Notes under the pieces: generated by a model
The model's database searches: none
What the model saw: only the letters and a program-made list of their open reading frames with translations
Told to the model about the DNA's origin: nothing
Shown: in pieces, positions 9,315 to 17,159 of the stretch
How positions within the stretch are numbered: position 1 is the stretch's first letter
Layout: the number at the start of each line of letters is the position of its first letter
Translations under genes and position numbers: made by a program
From: a virus
Taxonomy: Duplodnaviria > Heunggongvirae > Uroviricota > Caudoviricetes
IMG/VR virus record: IMGVR_UViG_3300050026_000241
Strand: one strand, 5' to 3'
Length of the DNA: 33,254 nt

Positions 9315-10310
9315 ATGAAGTCTGTCTTGTTGTCCCTCGTGCTGCTTGCTGGCACGATGTTTGCCGCGACCCCGAACGCGATTATCGCACCCGAAGTACC
9401 CGTCGTCACTGTGCCGATTGCACCGACTCCCTCTTATCTCGGCCTCGTCTTTGCCACAACTTCCGAACCGGCGACCCCGGCTCCGACGCAGGCCAAGATT
9501 CTTGCCGATCTGCAAGCGGTGAGCGTACTTGTGAAGGTACACGGCGGCAGCGGCAGCGGCACGCTTGTCACGCGACAAGTTGGCGACGTTACGAGAACCT
9601 ACGTCTGGACGGCCGGGCACGTCGTTCGTGAGGAGCTGCAAGAGAACAAGACTTTCAATAACGTGACGATCTGCCAGGAATTCCGCAACAAGGGTAAGTC
9701 GATTGGCAAGTTGGAAGTTCAAGCCAAGGTTATCGCATACAGCGACCCCGAAACGGGCGAAGACCTTGCTCTCTTGGAAATTTTGCAAGACAACTTCCGC
9801 CCCACCACCATCAGCGCCAAGTTCGATCTTACCGCCGAATTGCAGGACATCGGAACCAAACTGATTCACGTCGGCTGCACACATGGTCTCTACAATTCTG
9901 TCAGCTACGGTGTGATTTCACAAACCGATGTCGACCTGTTGAAGACCGGCAAGATGTTCGAGCAAACATCGACAATGGCCTACCCCGGCTCGTCTGGCGG
10001 CGGCATGTATCTCGAAGACGGCACCTATATCGGTATGCTGACTCGTGGTGGCGGTGCGGGCGTGAATTTCATCGTGCCCATGCGTCGAATCCTGCCGTGG
10101 GCCAAGTCGATGAAGTGTGAGTGGGCTCTGGACCCCAAAGTCAAGGTGACGACTCCCAAGCTGTTTGATGGCACCGAGAGCGTGCCACAGGTCGATCCGA
10201 TGGACCAGATTCGTGCCTGTATCCGAGACATTATCGGTGACATCATGGATGGCGATAAGGGCCGGACGATTGCCCTTCCCCGTGTGCATCCTTATCACAT
10301 GGCAGCCTGA
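9315..10310 (+). CDS. exported trypsin-like (S1) serine protease
   Basis: Signal-peptide-like MKSVLLSLVLLAGTMFAA. GSGSGTLV, then catalytic triad motifs WTAGHV, EDLALL and YPGSSGGG. Confidence 0.88.
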   Translation: MKSVLLSLVLLAGTMFAATPNAIIAPEVPVVTVPIAPTPSYLGLVFATTSEPATPAPTQAKILADLQAVSVLVKVHGGSGSGTLVTRQVGDVTRTYVWTAGHVVREELQENKTFNNVTICQEFRNKGKSIGKLEVQAKVIAYSDPETGEDLALLEILQDNFRPTTISAKFDLTAELQDIGTKLIHVGCTHGLYNSVSYGVISQTDVDLLKTGKMFEQTSTMAYPGSSGGGMYLEDGTYIGMLTRGGGAGVNFIVPMRRILPWAKSMKCEWALDPKVKVTTPKLFDGTESVPQVDPMDQIRACIRDIIGDIMDGDKGRTIALPRVHPYHMAA

Positions 10311-10324
10311 TTTCGCAAACTACG

Positions 10325-10357
10325 ACGGGGCGGGTGCTGCAAGGCTGCCCGCCCCGT
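10325..10357 (+). terminator. GC-rich hairpin after the protease gene (possible terminator or processing site)
   Basis: ACGGGGCGGGT pairs with GCCCGCCCCGT (11 bp including one G-U). The downstream T-tract is weak. Confidence 0.45.
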
Positions 10358-10380
10358 TCTCCCGTTGAGAAGGATTCACT

Positions 10381-10539
10381 ATGGGACGACCTAACGCATG
10401 GAAGAGAACGGCTAGAAACCTGGACGCGCCCAAGCGGAAGCGCGACTTCAAGAAAGCCCTACACCGAAAGAATAGGCGGAAGGCCAACCAGAACCCAGAA
10501 ACAAAGGACAAGCCCCTAAATTCACGGGACTTTGATTGA
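10381..10539 (+). CDS. small highly basic protein (52 aa)
   Basis: AAGGA upstream. MGRPNAWKRTARNLDAPKRKRDFKKALHRKNRRKANQNPETKDKPLNSRDFD. Fills the gap, with its stop 1 nt before the next ATG. Not in the ORF track. Confidence 0.65.
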   Translation: MGRPNAWKRTARNLDAPKRKRDFKKALHRKNRRKANQNPETKDKPLNSRDFD

Positions 10540-10540
10540 C

Positions 10541-11857
10541 ATGACGAAAATATCATCGAAGAAAGCCGCTTCCATCAAGGCTGACATTCATGCGGGCAAG
10601 ACCCAACCGGTAATCGCCAGGAAGCACAAAGTCAGTCGCTCGCTTGTGAGCGACATCGCCACCGGACGTGTCCACAAAGACGTGCCGTGGCCCGAGGGCG
10701 AACCGCCCTGCCCGAAACAACAAGGCGGCCAACACAAGCCGATTGAAGATTTCGACCCGACCAATGAAAAGGTGTTGGAGTTGGAGGCCGAAATCGTTCA
10801 CCTGACCGAAGAACGCAACCGCGAACGGTCGAAGGTGAAAGCCGGCGCGAAGATCGCCGGACTCTTCAAAGCAATCACAAACGAAATGGAGCAGCGGATC
10901 AAACCATTCGTTGCCCTGCCGCCTGCCTTGGACTTCCGACGCAAGGCTGTTATCACCGAACATTGCGTCATGCACCTGAGCGACGGCCACCACGATCAGG
11001 TCGTTCGCCCCGAGGAAGTCGGTGGTCTGGAAGACTATAACTTCCCAGTCAGTTGCGCCCGCGCCGAACGCTACGTTGATTCGGTTGTGGAGTGGACGCA
11101 AGACACGCTATCACCGAAGTTCAAGTTCCCCGTGTTGTGGGTGCTGGCCTACGGCGACTTCACCAGCGGCGAGATTCACAAGGCTTGCGAGCGGTCCTAC
11201 TATCGAAACCAATTCAAGAATTGCTTCGCCATCGGTCAGCTTCACTCAATGATGTACCGTGATTTGGCGGCCCATTTCGAGCAGATCAACGTGCTGTATC
11301 TGGCTGGCAATCACGGACGGCGCACGCCTAAGAAGGATTACCTCGGCGCACAAGACAACTGGGATTACCTCGTCGCAGAGGTTGCCAAGCTGCATTGTCG
11401 TGACATTGGCAACCTGAGTTTCACAATCCCGAACTCGTGGTCCGCAAATGTAAACATAAATGGCGTCGGCTTCAACATTAGCCACGGTGATGATGTTCGC
11501 AGCAACGGAGGAATTCCCTGGTATGCCATGACACGTAGGCAGAAGGGTCTAATCGCTCTCGGTGCCGCTGGCGGCACTGATCGTTGTCGATACTATTGTG
11601 TAGGTCATCACCACACTGCGAGCACGCTGTCAGATATTGACGGTGAATTGCTTGTCAACGGTGCGTGGGTCGGCACCGATGCGTTTTCATACAACGCTTT
11701 TGCAGGCTATCGTGAGCCGGCACAGTGGATTCACGGAGTCAATCCGAAGCACGGCATAACGTGGCGGATGAACGTCAAGCTGCGGCATGACGACGAGAAA
11801 GACGGCCCGAAGCGATATATTATCGACGGCGGCCGGGAAGTAGGCCCGCTGACTTGA
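10541..11857 (+). CDS. HTH + coiled-coil + calcineurin-like metallophosphoesterase
   Basis: N-terminal HTH (QPVIARKHKVSRSLVSDIATG). Motifs LSDGH, GDFTSG, GNHG, HGD and GHHH. Confidence 0.8.
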   Translation: MTKISSKKAASIKADIHAGKTQPVIARKHKVSRSLVSDIATGRVHKDVPWPEGEPPCPKQQGGQHKPIEDFDPTNEKVLELEAEIVHLTEERNRERSKVKAGAKIAGLFKAITNEMEQRIKPFVALPPALDFRRKAVITEHCVMHLSDGHHDQVVRPEEVGGLEDYNFPVSCARAERYVDSVVEWTQDTLSPKFKFPVLWVLAYGDFTSGEIHKACERSYYRNQFKNCFAIGQLHSMMYRDLAAHFEQINVLYLAGNHGRRTPKKDYLGAQDNWDYLVAEVAKLHCRDIGNLSFTIPNSWSANVNINGVGFNISHGDDVRSNGGIPWYAMTRRQKGLIALGAAGGTDRCRYYCVGHHHTASTLSDIDGELLVNGAWVGTDAFSYNAFAGYREPAQWIHGVNPKHGITWRMNVKLRHDDEKDGPKRYIIDGGREVGPLT

Positions 11858-11927
11858 AACAACGTCGCTCAAGGTTTGGCTGTCGCCTACGCAATGAAGA
11901 CCAAACCCGTTCTTTAGGGAGGGTATC

Positions 11928-12113
11928 GTGAAAGATCGTATCGGGCTGGCGGCGTCCATTATCGGATTGCTGGCGGCCGTCGCAAGTGCGGCGGCAGTCT
12001 ATATCAAGATCGCACCGACCGCGCCAACAAACCCAGAATCACCGGCAATCGTGCGGCCGGGTCCGGTGATACTACCACCTGTGATTCGGCCTATTCCGCA
12101 CCAACACCGATAA
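11928..12113 (+). CDS. small membrane-anchored Pro-rich protein
   Basis: GGAGGG upstream, hydrophobic N-terminal helix, Pro-rich tail. Confidence 0.65.
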   Translation: MKDRIGLAASIIGLLAAVASAAAVYIKIAPTAPTNPESPAIVRPGPVILPPVIRPIPHQHR

Positions 12114-12123
12114 AGGAAGAAAG

Positions 12124-12291
12124 ATGACAACTTCAACAGGTGACACAAGCCCTGCCCCGTTGCCGGTCCCGGCTCCGAATAAAGGTTTTCCCTTCTCCGG
12201 CAGCTATGGGCCTAATGGCGCAACACCGAATCCGGCACCGAATCCGGCACCTATTGCCGGTGCAACAGGTGCGACCGGCTCTACCCATTAA
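12124..12291 (+). CDS. small Pro/Gly/Thr-rich low-complexity protein (55 aa)
   Basis: AAGGA upstream. MTTSTGDTSPAPLPVPAP...PNPAPNPAPIAGATGATGSTH. Not in the ORF track. Confidence 0.5.
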   Translation: MTTSTGDTSPAPLPVPAPNKGFPFSGSYGPNGATPNPAPNPAPIAGATGATGSTH

Positions 12292-12318
12292 CAAACACCC
12301 AATAAGGAATCAGTGAAC

Positions 12319-12630
12319 ATGAAGACCGCACAGAAAGTTCCGCAAGAGATCATCAATGCCCTTGGCCTCGGCACGATCGGCATTCTCGGCCTGTTGTATG
12401 TTGCCGTACTGATTCTCGTCCGCGCCTGGTGCATTACCAAGCTGTGGGCGTGGTTCGTTGTGCCGATGGGCCTTCCTGCCATCGGATTGCTGGCCGCTAT
12501 TGGCCTGACAATGACGATTTCGGTCGTCATGGGACTGGACCGATTGGAACAGAAGAAGACCGTGATACAGTGTATTGTCGGCCAACTGGCTTGCGTCGGT
12601 CTGGGGTGGGTCATTCACTACTTTATGTAG
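12319..12630 (+). CDS. small multi-pass membrane protein
   Basis: AAGGA upstream; three or so hydrophobic segments. Confidence 0.7.
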   Translation: MKTAQKVPQEIINALGLGTIGILGLLYVAVLILVRAWCITKLWAWFVVPMGLPAIGLLAAIGLTMTISVVMGLDRLEQKKTVIQCIVGQLACVGLGWVIHYFM

Positions 12631-12650
12631 TCGTGTGAGGTTGTGAGAAG

Positions 12651-12986
12651 GTGAGAGCGAGTGACGAGAGTTTTGAAATTCATTTCGCAGCAAACTTCAA
12701 CCGGGATGGACAAGCAAGACACGTCCGTTATCGACCACAGCATTCTTGGCACCGGGACATCGCCCGGTTCTACCGGATCGAATCCCGGCACCGGGCAAGC
12801 GGCAACTGGCTCACCGTTGCCTCTGAATCCCATCGTCGAAGATGGTATGATTCAGCACTAATTTGTGAGCAACCGCGCCCTGTTCTACGTCTTCATATTC
12901 GTGAAGACATTGAACTTAGCAAAGGTGACGTACTGATTTTTGATTTCAACCTTGTTCCTACTACTGTTCCGAGCACTGAGAAATGA
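12651..12986 (+). CDS. hypothetical protein
   Basis: 111 aa; stop is coupled to the next ATG (ATGA overlap). Start uncertain. Confidence 0.5.
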   Translation: MRASDESFEIHFAANFNRDGQARHVRYRPQHSWHRDIARFYRIESRHRASGNWLTVASESHRRRWYDSALICEQPRPVLRLHIREDIELSKGDVLIFDFNLVPTTVPSTEK

Positions 12987-13261
12987 AACGAATCCTACTT
13001 GTTGGCGGCCCTTGCGACGGTCAGGTCAAAACGATTGATGACGGCCTGACTGCGCTTTGTTTTAAGAGGCCAAAGAAGTTCGACCCTTTTGAAGACTGCA
13101 AACCAGTGAGAGTGGTGCCGACCCACAGGTATGTTGAAGTCATGTTCGGGCAACAAAGACCCTTACGGGTCTTTAAGTTGGACACCTTGCAGGACGACGA
13201 CGTTCTCCACAAGCTGGCCCACTTTTACGCTGACAAACACGAGGAACTACACGATGCGTGA
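12983..13261 (+). CDS. hypothetical phage protein
   Basis: 92 aa with N-terminal LLVGGPCDG, a pattern often seen in small phage ORFs. Confidence 0.65.
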   Translation: MKRILLVGGPCDGQVKTIDDGLTALCFKRPKKFDPFEDCKPVRVVPTHRYVEVMFGQQRPLRVFKLDTLQDDDVLHKLAHFYADKHEELHDA

Positions 13262-13337
13262 CGTTTCACAATTCGATTACATTGAGGCGCGAGCCCATGC
13301 GAACCATTGCCTTTAACAACTTGGAGATAACCAAACC

Positions 13338-13886
13338 ATGAGACGACTACTGACCATGCTGATTGCGGTGGCTATCGCTGCCGTGATTGTCTTGGCACCG
13401 GTGAAGCCAGCCAGATCGGCCACTTACCAGCTTCCACAAGACGCCTGCCTGATTACTCAGGCCAACGTCGAATACACTATCCCCTACGGCTCGTTCCTGA
13501 CTATCGACTGGGGCGACGGGCTCGTGCATCCGGTTCCCTATGTTTTGCCTCTCGGCTCGCGGATTGATCTGGTAGGCGGCGACACCTACGTCGTGAACGA
13601 CAACTACACCCGGTTGTTCTACGGCCGAACGCGCAGGCGGATCATTATCACCGTCCCGATCATCATTGATCCGCGATACCCGGACCCGAGATACGATCCG
13701 CGTTATCCGCATTACCCGCGATACCCGCACCAACCCCGGCCCGAACCCCGACCGGAGCCGCGACCGGAGCCGCGACCGGAGCCGCGACCGGAGCCGCCGC
13801 ATAATCCGGCCCCGCCGCATAATCCGGCCCCGCCGCATAATCCGGCCCCGCCGCATAATCCAGGCGGTGGAGGCCACCACAAGTAA
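13338..13886 (+). CDS. exported protein with Pro-rich tandem-repeat tail
   Basis: GGAG upstream, signal-peptide-like N-terminus, C-terminal (RPEP)n and (PHNPAP)n repeats. Confidence 0.75.
   Translation: MRRLLTMLIAVAIAAVIVLAPVKPARSATYQLPQDACLITQANVEYTIPYGSFLTIDWGDGLVHPVPYVLPLGSRIDLVGGDTYVVNDNYTRLFYGRTRRRIIITVPIIIDPRYPDPRYDPRYPHYPRYPHQPRPEPRPEPRPEPRPEPRPEPPHNPAPPHNPAPPHNPAPPHNPGGGGHHK
13749..13861 (+). repeat. two adjacent in-frame tandem repeats
   Basis: CGACCGGAGCCG x4 (13749-13796), then CCGCATAATCCGGCCCCG x3 plus a partial copy (13797-13861). Confidence 0.95.
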
Positions 13887-13898
13887 CGGAGGTAAGCC

Positions 13899-14198
13899 AT
13901 GTTCCGCTTGGTAATGTTGGCCCGGTACTTCGTGCCGGCCGTGACTGTGATTGCGAACGTGCTGTTCGTATTGCAGACGTTCGTGCCGGTGCTAAAGCGT
14001 CAGTGGTATTGGGACGCCCGCCACGAGTTGCACTTTTCCGTGCATTGGGAGTGGTGTACCTTTAGCTTCGCCCGTGATGATGTGGTAGTGAAGTACGACA
14101 CTGACACGGCGCTTAAATGCGCGGAGGCAATGGCGGACGGCAACTACGAAATACTTGACACCGTGATTTCCGATTTGAAAGCAAAGAGCCGCAAATAG
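13899..14198 (+). CDS. hypothetical protein with a hydrophobic N-terminus
   Basis: GGAGGT upstream; 99 aa. Confidence 0.7.
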   Translation: MFRLVMLARYFVPAVTVIANVLFVLQTFVPVLKRQWYWDARHELHFSVHWEWCTFSFARDDVVVKYDTDTALKCAEAMADGNYEILDTVISDLKAKSRK

Positions 14199-14204
14199 CG
14201 GCTA

Positions 14205-14278
14205 GGCAACAAAGTGACGAAGGTTGAGCACGCCTGCCTGTTTGGCAGTGGGGCTTGGTTCGATTCCAGGTGTTGCCG
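14205..14278 (+). tRNA. degenerate tRNA-like gene, anticodon GTT
   Basis: Acceptor GGCAACA/TGTTGCC, T-arm CTTGG-TTCGATT-CCAGG, anticodon arm CCTGC-CTGTTTG-GCAGT, G73. Non-canonical A8, U37 and G38, and an imperfect D-stem. Confidence 0.65.
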
Positions 14279-14323
14279 CTGACTTGTTCCGTTTGATTAA
14301 CCCTGACCTTGTGGAGAGTTACC

Positions 14324-14623
<300 letters not shown>

Positions 14624-14671
14624 TCGTCCTGAATGAAACATTGCCGGTCTCGCGTCACGCGGCCGGCACCT

Positions 14672-14744
14672 TCCGGGGTGGCGCAGTTGGTAGCGCAAAT
14701 GATTGTTAATCATTGGGTCGGGAGTTCAAGCCTCTCCCCCGGAG
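14672..14744 (+). tRNA. tRNA-Asn(GTT)
   Basis: Acceptor TCCGGGG/CCCCGGA, D-stem GCGC/GCGC, anticodon arm AATGA-TTGTTAA-TCATT, T-arm GGGAG-TTCAAGC-CTCTC, G73. A GC-rich hairpin lies just upstream (14642-14668). Confidence 0.93.
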
Positions 14745-14758
14745 CTTCTAAGTGTATC

Positions 14759-14895
14759 ACACGGGAACCGGGTGGGGAACCCCGGATCGGCCTCGAACCC
14801 CAATGAGACCGATGGTAATACGATGGAGTGAGGCTTGTAAGGGGACGCCGCTCATTAGTCAATGCCCGCTGGTTCAATCCCAGCCCTGTGTGCCA
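14759..14895 (+). tRNA. tRNA-Ser(CGA)-like gene with a 48-nt insertion in the anticodon loop (137 nt, CCA encoded)
   Basis: Acceptor ACACGGG/CCTGTGT, G73 and CCA; D-stem CCGG/CCGG; TCGGC-CT-CGA-A; insert of about 14799-14846; GCCGC; variable arm CATT-AGTC-AATG; T-arm GCTGG-TTCAATC-CCAGC. Confidence 0.65.
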
Positions 14896-14897
14896 AT

Positions 14898-14968
14898 AGC
14901 CCCGTAGTCCAGTGGTAGGTCGAGGCCATTAAGAGTCCTAAGCGTGGGTTCGATTCCCACCGGGGCCA
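14898..14968 (+). tRNA. atypical tRNA with a TAA (Leu) anticodon on a short-variable-loop scaffold
   Basis: GCCCCG/CGGGGC stem with an A1:C72 mismatch, T-arm GTGGG-TTCGATT-CCCAC, anticodon arm AGGCC-ATTAAGA-GTCCT (one mismatch), 4-nt variable loop. Confidence 0.6.
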
Positions 14969-14987
14969 TTAACTTTTGGAGAAGATC

Positions 14988-15767
14988 ATGCAGACATTCG
15001 TAGTTTCCGATTTTCATTTGTGCGATACCGGACCCAGGGATCGCTTCAACTTTGGCGACCGGCCGGCGAAGTTCAACCGCTTCCTCGATTTCGTCGGGGA
15101 CCAAGGCGGCAGGCTGATTATCGCGGGCGACTTGTTCGACCTGTGGCAGTGCAACTTTAGCCGAGCGATTGAGGCTAACTTACCGTTGTTAGATCGGCTG
15201 GCCGCGATGGGTGCCGTCTACGTTCTGGGCAATCACGATTGCGACTTGCGACAATTCACCGGCAAGCACTTCCTGAACCATCCGCTGTTTGACAACATGG
15301 TGACGCCGTTCGTCTTGAATGTCAACGACAAGATGATTAGGATTTGCCACGGCCACGAGGCTGACGCATACTGTGCGATCGAGCAACCCGGCATCGGCCG
15401 AATGACGGCTATCCTCACCGGCCTCTTGGAAGACAAGAACGGCGGCCCGATGAAGGGCAAGTTCAGTGTCGAAGAGTTGTCGGTCGGCGTGTTGGAGAAG
15501 TTGGTCAAGTGGCATGAAAAACTTTGGCATCGCCCCCAGAGAGATATTACCCTGATCGACGGTCTGCATCAGTATATCGACAAGGGCGAGTGTGACATTG
15601 TAGTAGCCGGTCACACGCATACGCCGGGCCGTAAAGGCAACTGGTACTTCAACTCCGGCTGCTGGTGTCTTCGCACGGACAGTTTTGTGTGGATCAACGA
15701 CGATGGTGTCAGAGTGTGGGACTGGGATGGCAACAGGCCGGTGCCGAACAACATCGTCTTGGGGTAG
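14988..15767 (+). CDS. calcineurin-like metallophosphoesterase (LpxH/YbbF-like motif set)
   Basis: VSDFH, AGDLFDLW, GNHD, HGHEAD, GHTH and YFNSGCW motifs. GGAG upstream. Confidence 0.85.
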   Translation: MQTFVVSDFHLCDTGPRDRFNFGDRPAKFNRFLDFVGDQGGRLIIAGDLFDLWQCNFSRAIEANLPLLDRLAAMGAVYVLGNHDCDLRQFTGKHFLNHPLFDNMVTPFVLNVNDKMIRICHGHEADAYCAIEQPGIGRMTAILTGLLEDKNGGPMKGKFSVEELSVGVLEKLVKWHEKLWHRPQRDITLIDGLHQYIDKGECDIVVAGHTHTPGRKGNWYFNSGCWCLRTDSFVWINDDGVRVWDWDGNRPVPNNIVLG

Positions 15768-15784
15768 TTTGATGGAGAAGACCG

Positions 15785-16708
15785 GTGGCCAAACGACTCG
15801 CCAAGTATGACGTACTAGCTCTGCCGTTGAAGCAAATCTACTACGATGCCGACTTCAACTGTCGCGGGCAGTTTGTCCTTGAGAGTGTGAGCGAGTTAGC
15901 CGATAGTATACGACGTAAGGGCGGGGGAGTCGAGTTACAGGGTCTCGATTTTCCTGTCGTAGTACAGCCGGCAGCCGATGTACAGGGTGGGCTGCCAGAG
16001 GGTTTTGACTATCGACTACTCGCCGGCCACCGGCGTTATCGGGCTGTCGAATTCTACTTGAAGTGGAAGAAAATCCCGGCAATGGTTCGCAAAGGACTGT
16101 CAGACTATGACGCCCGCTTGATAAACTTGACCGAGAACCTTGAGCGCGAAGACCTGAATATGTGGCAAGAGGCTGTTGCCATTCAACGTCTATACCCAGA
16201 CGGTGTTACCCTTAGACGAGCCCACGACGAATTGCACCGGCCTACCAAGTGGATTGCCGCCCGTTTGCGGTTGTTGAAACTCCGGCCCGAGGTTCAGCAA
16301 CAGGCTGCCGCTGGTCTATTATCGGCAGCGTTTATCGAACAACTCGGCAAAGACGCCTCGGAAGAAGATCAATTATTTCTGTCGAATCAAGTAGCCAAGG
16401 CCCGGAACAAGAGCGGACAACTCCCCGGACTGCCCAGCACGTATAAACGTAAGTTCAAGGATCGCCGGTCGAAAGAGCAAATCAGCAAAATGGTCGCAAA
16501 GTTGTTCAATGCCGGCATTTCCGGCCTACCCTGTCGAGTTCTTGCTTGGGCGGCTGGTGGGGTTTCTGACGAAGAAATCGACAAAGACATAAGCAGCGCG
16601 CAGAACGGTCGTCCGTTTTACGACTCTCTTAGTGGAGATAGCGATGATGCAGGAACTACCGACGCCGGCCGAGGCCCTGGCAGCCCTAAAGAAGCAGCCG
16701 GGAATTGA
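15785..16708 (+). CDS. ParB/Spo0J-like protein (paralog 2)
   Basis: ELADSIR, LLAGHRRYRA and NLTENLEREDLN motifs, plus an HTH-like region. Confidence 0.82.
   Translation: MAKRLAKYDVLALPLKQIYYDADFNCRGQFVLESVSELADSIRRKGGGVELQGLDFPVVVQPAADVQGGLPEGFDYRLLAGHRRYRAVEFYLKWKKIPAMVRKGLSDYDARLINLTENLEREDLNMWQEAVAIQRLYPDGVTLRRAHDELHRPTKWIAARLRLLKLRPEVQQQAAAGLLSAAFIEQLGKDASEEDQLFLSNQVAKARNKSGQLPGLPSTYKRKFKDRRSKEQISKMVAKLFNAGISGLPCRVLAWAAGGVSDEEIDKDISSAQNGRPFYDSLSGDSDDAGTTDAGRGPGSPKEAAGN
16597..16634 (+). promoter_or_regulatory. conserved bipartite motif, copy 2 (variant, inside the ParB2 3' end)
   Basis: CGCGCAGAA-N8-CGTTTTACGACTCTCTTAGTG; ends 9 nt before ATG 16644. Confidence 0.7.
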
Positions 16709-17012
16709 CATATCGAAGCAGCGACCGGGCACAAAGATCATTGTCGAGACCTGCAATTTGATCTTTGAATTGAAGGTTCTCGACCCCAATAAGAGGTTGG
16801 TGGAAGTGACGAGCAACTCGCCCGTCCTTCGAGAGCCGACAATCGGCCAATACCTACGTGGTGTCTATGTTCTGGACGCCAGCGTAGGCATCGACCATTG
16901 GATAGGCCGTACCATGCAAATGTTCATTCGCTTCCGAAACGGTGACTTCCTGACAGGCCCCGCCGTCACGGCCAGCTTATCTGGCCCTGGTTGGTCCTAC
17001 GACGTATTCTGA
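16644..17012 (+). CDS. hypothetical protein
   Basis: GGAG upstream of ATG 16644; 122 aa. Confidence 0.7.
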   Translation: MMQELPTPAEALAALKKQPGIDISKQRPGTKIIVETCNLIFELKVLDPNKRLVEVTSNSPVLREPTIGQYLRGVYVLDASVGIDHWIGRTMQMFIRFRNGDFLTGPAVTASLSGPGWSYDVF

Positions 17013-17025
17013 AATGTCGGTTGCG

Positions 17026-17151
17026 AGGGCTCCGGGTGTACGCGAAAGCGTTGAACCTATAGACCGTGTTGCTGGACGAGGATGGGATTGCCGCCCTGTA
17101 ACGGTAGCTGCCCCGTGGCTGGGGAGAGTGACACGAAGTACCCGGAGCCCT
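17026..17151 (+). ncRNA. putative structured RNA or 5' leader
   Basis: 12-bp closing helix AGGGCTCCGGGT (17026-17037) / ACCCGGAGCCCT (17140-17151). It encloses an ACGC-GAAA-GCGT hairpin and a CGTGTT/GACACG helix. Confidence 0.45.
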
Positions 17152-17159
17152 TAACTATC

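Noticed and set aside
12661-12861. 66-aa Gly/Thr/Ser-rich ORF with a possible ribosome-binding site
   Set aside because: Nested in ORF 12651-12986, which is coupled to the next gene. It cannot be excluded, but is not supported enough to list.
13749-13861. Possible CRISPR array
   Set aside because: The repeats are contiguous with no spacers and are in frame in a CDS. No CRISPR array was seen anywhere in the window.
14923-14939. Reverse complement reads CT-CTT-AA, like a Lys anticodon loop
   Set aside because: No stem forms around it in that register, and the T-arm fixes the gene on the plus strand; treated as chance.
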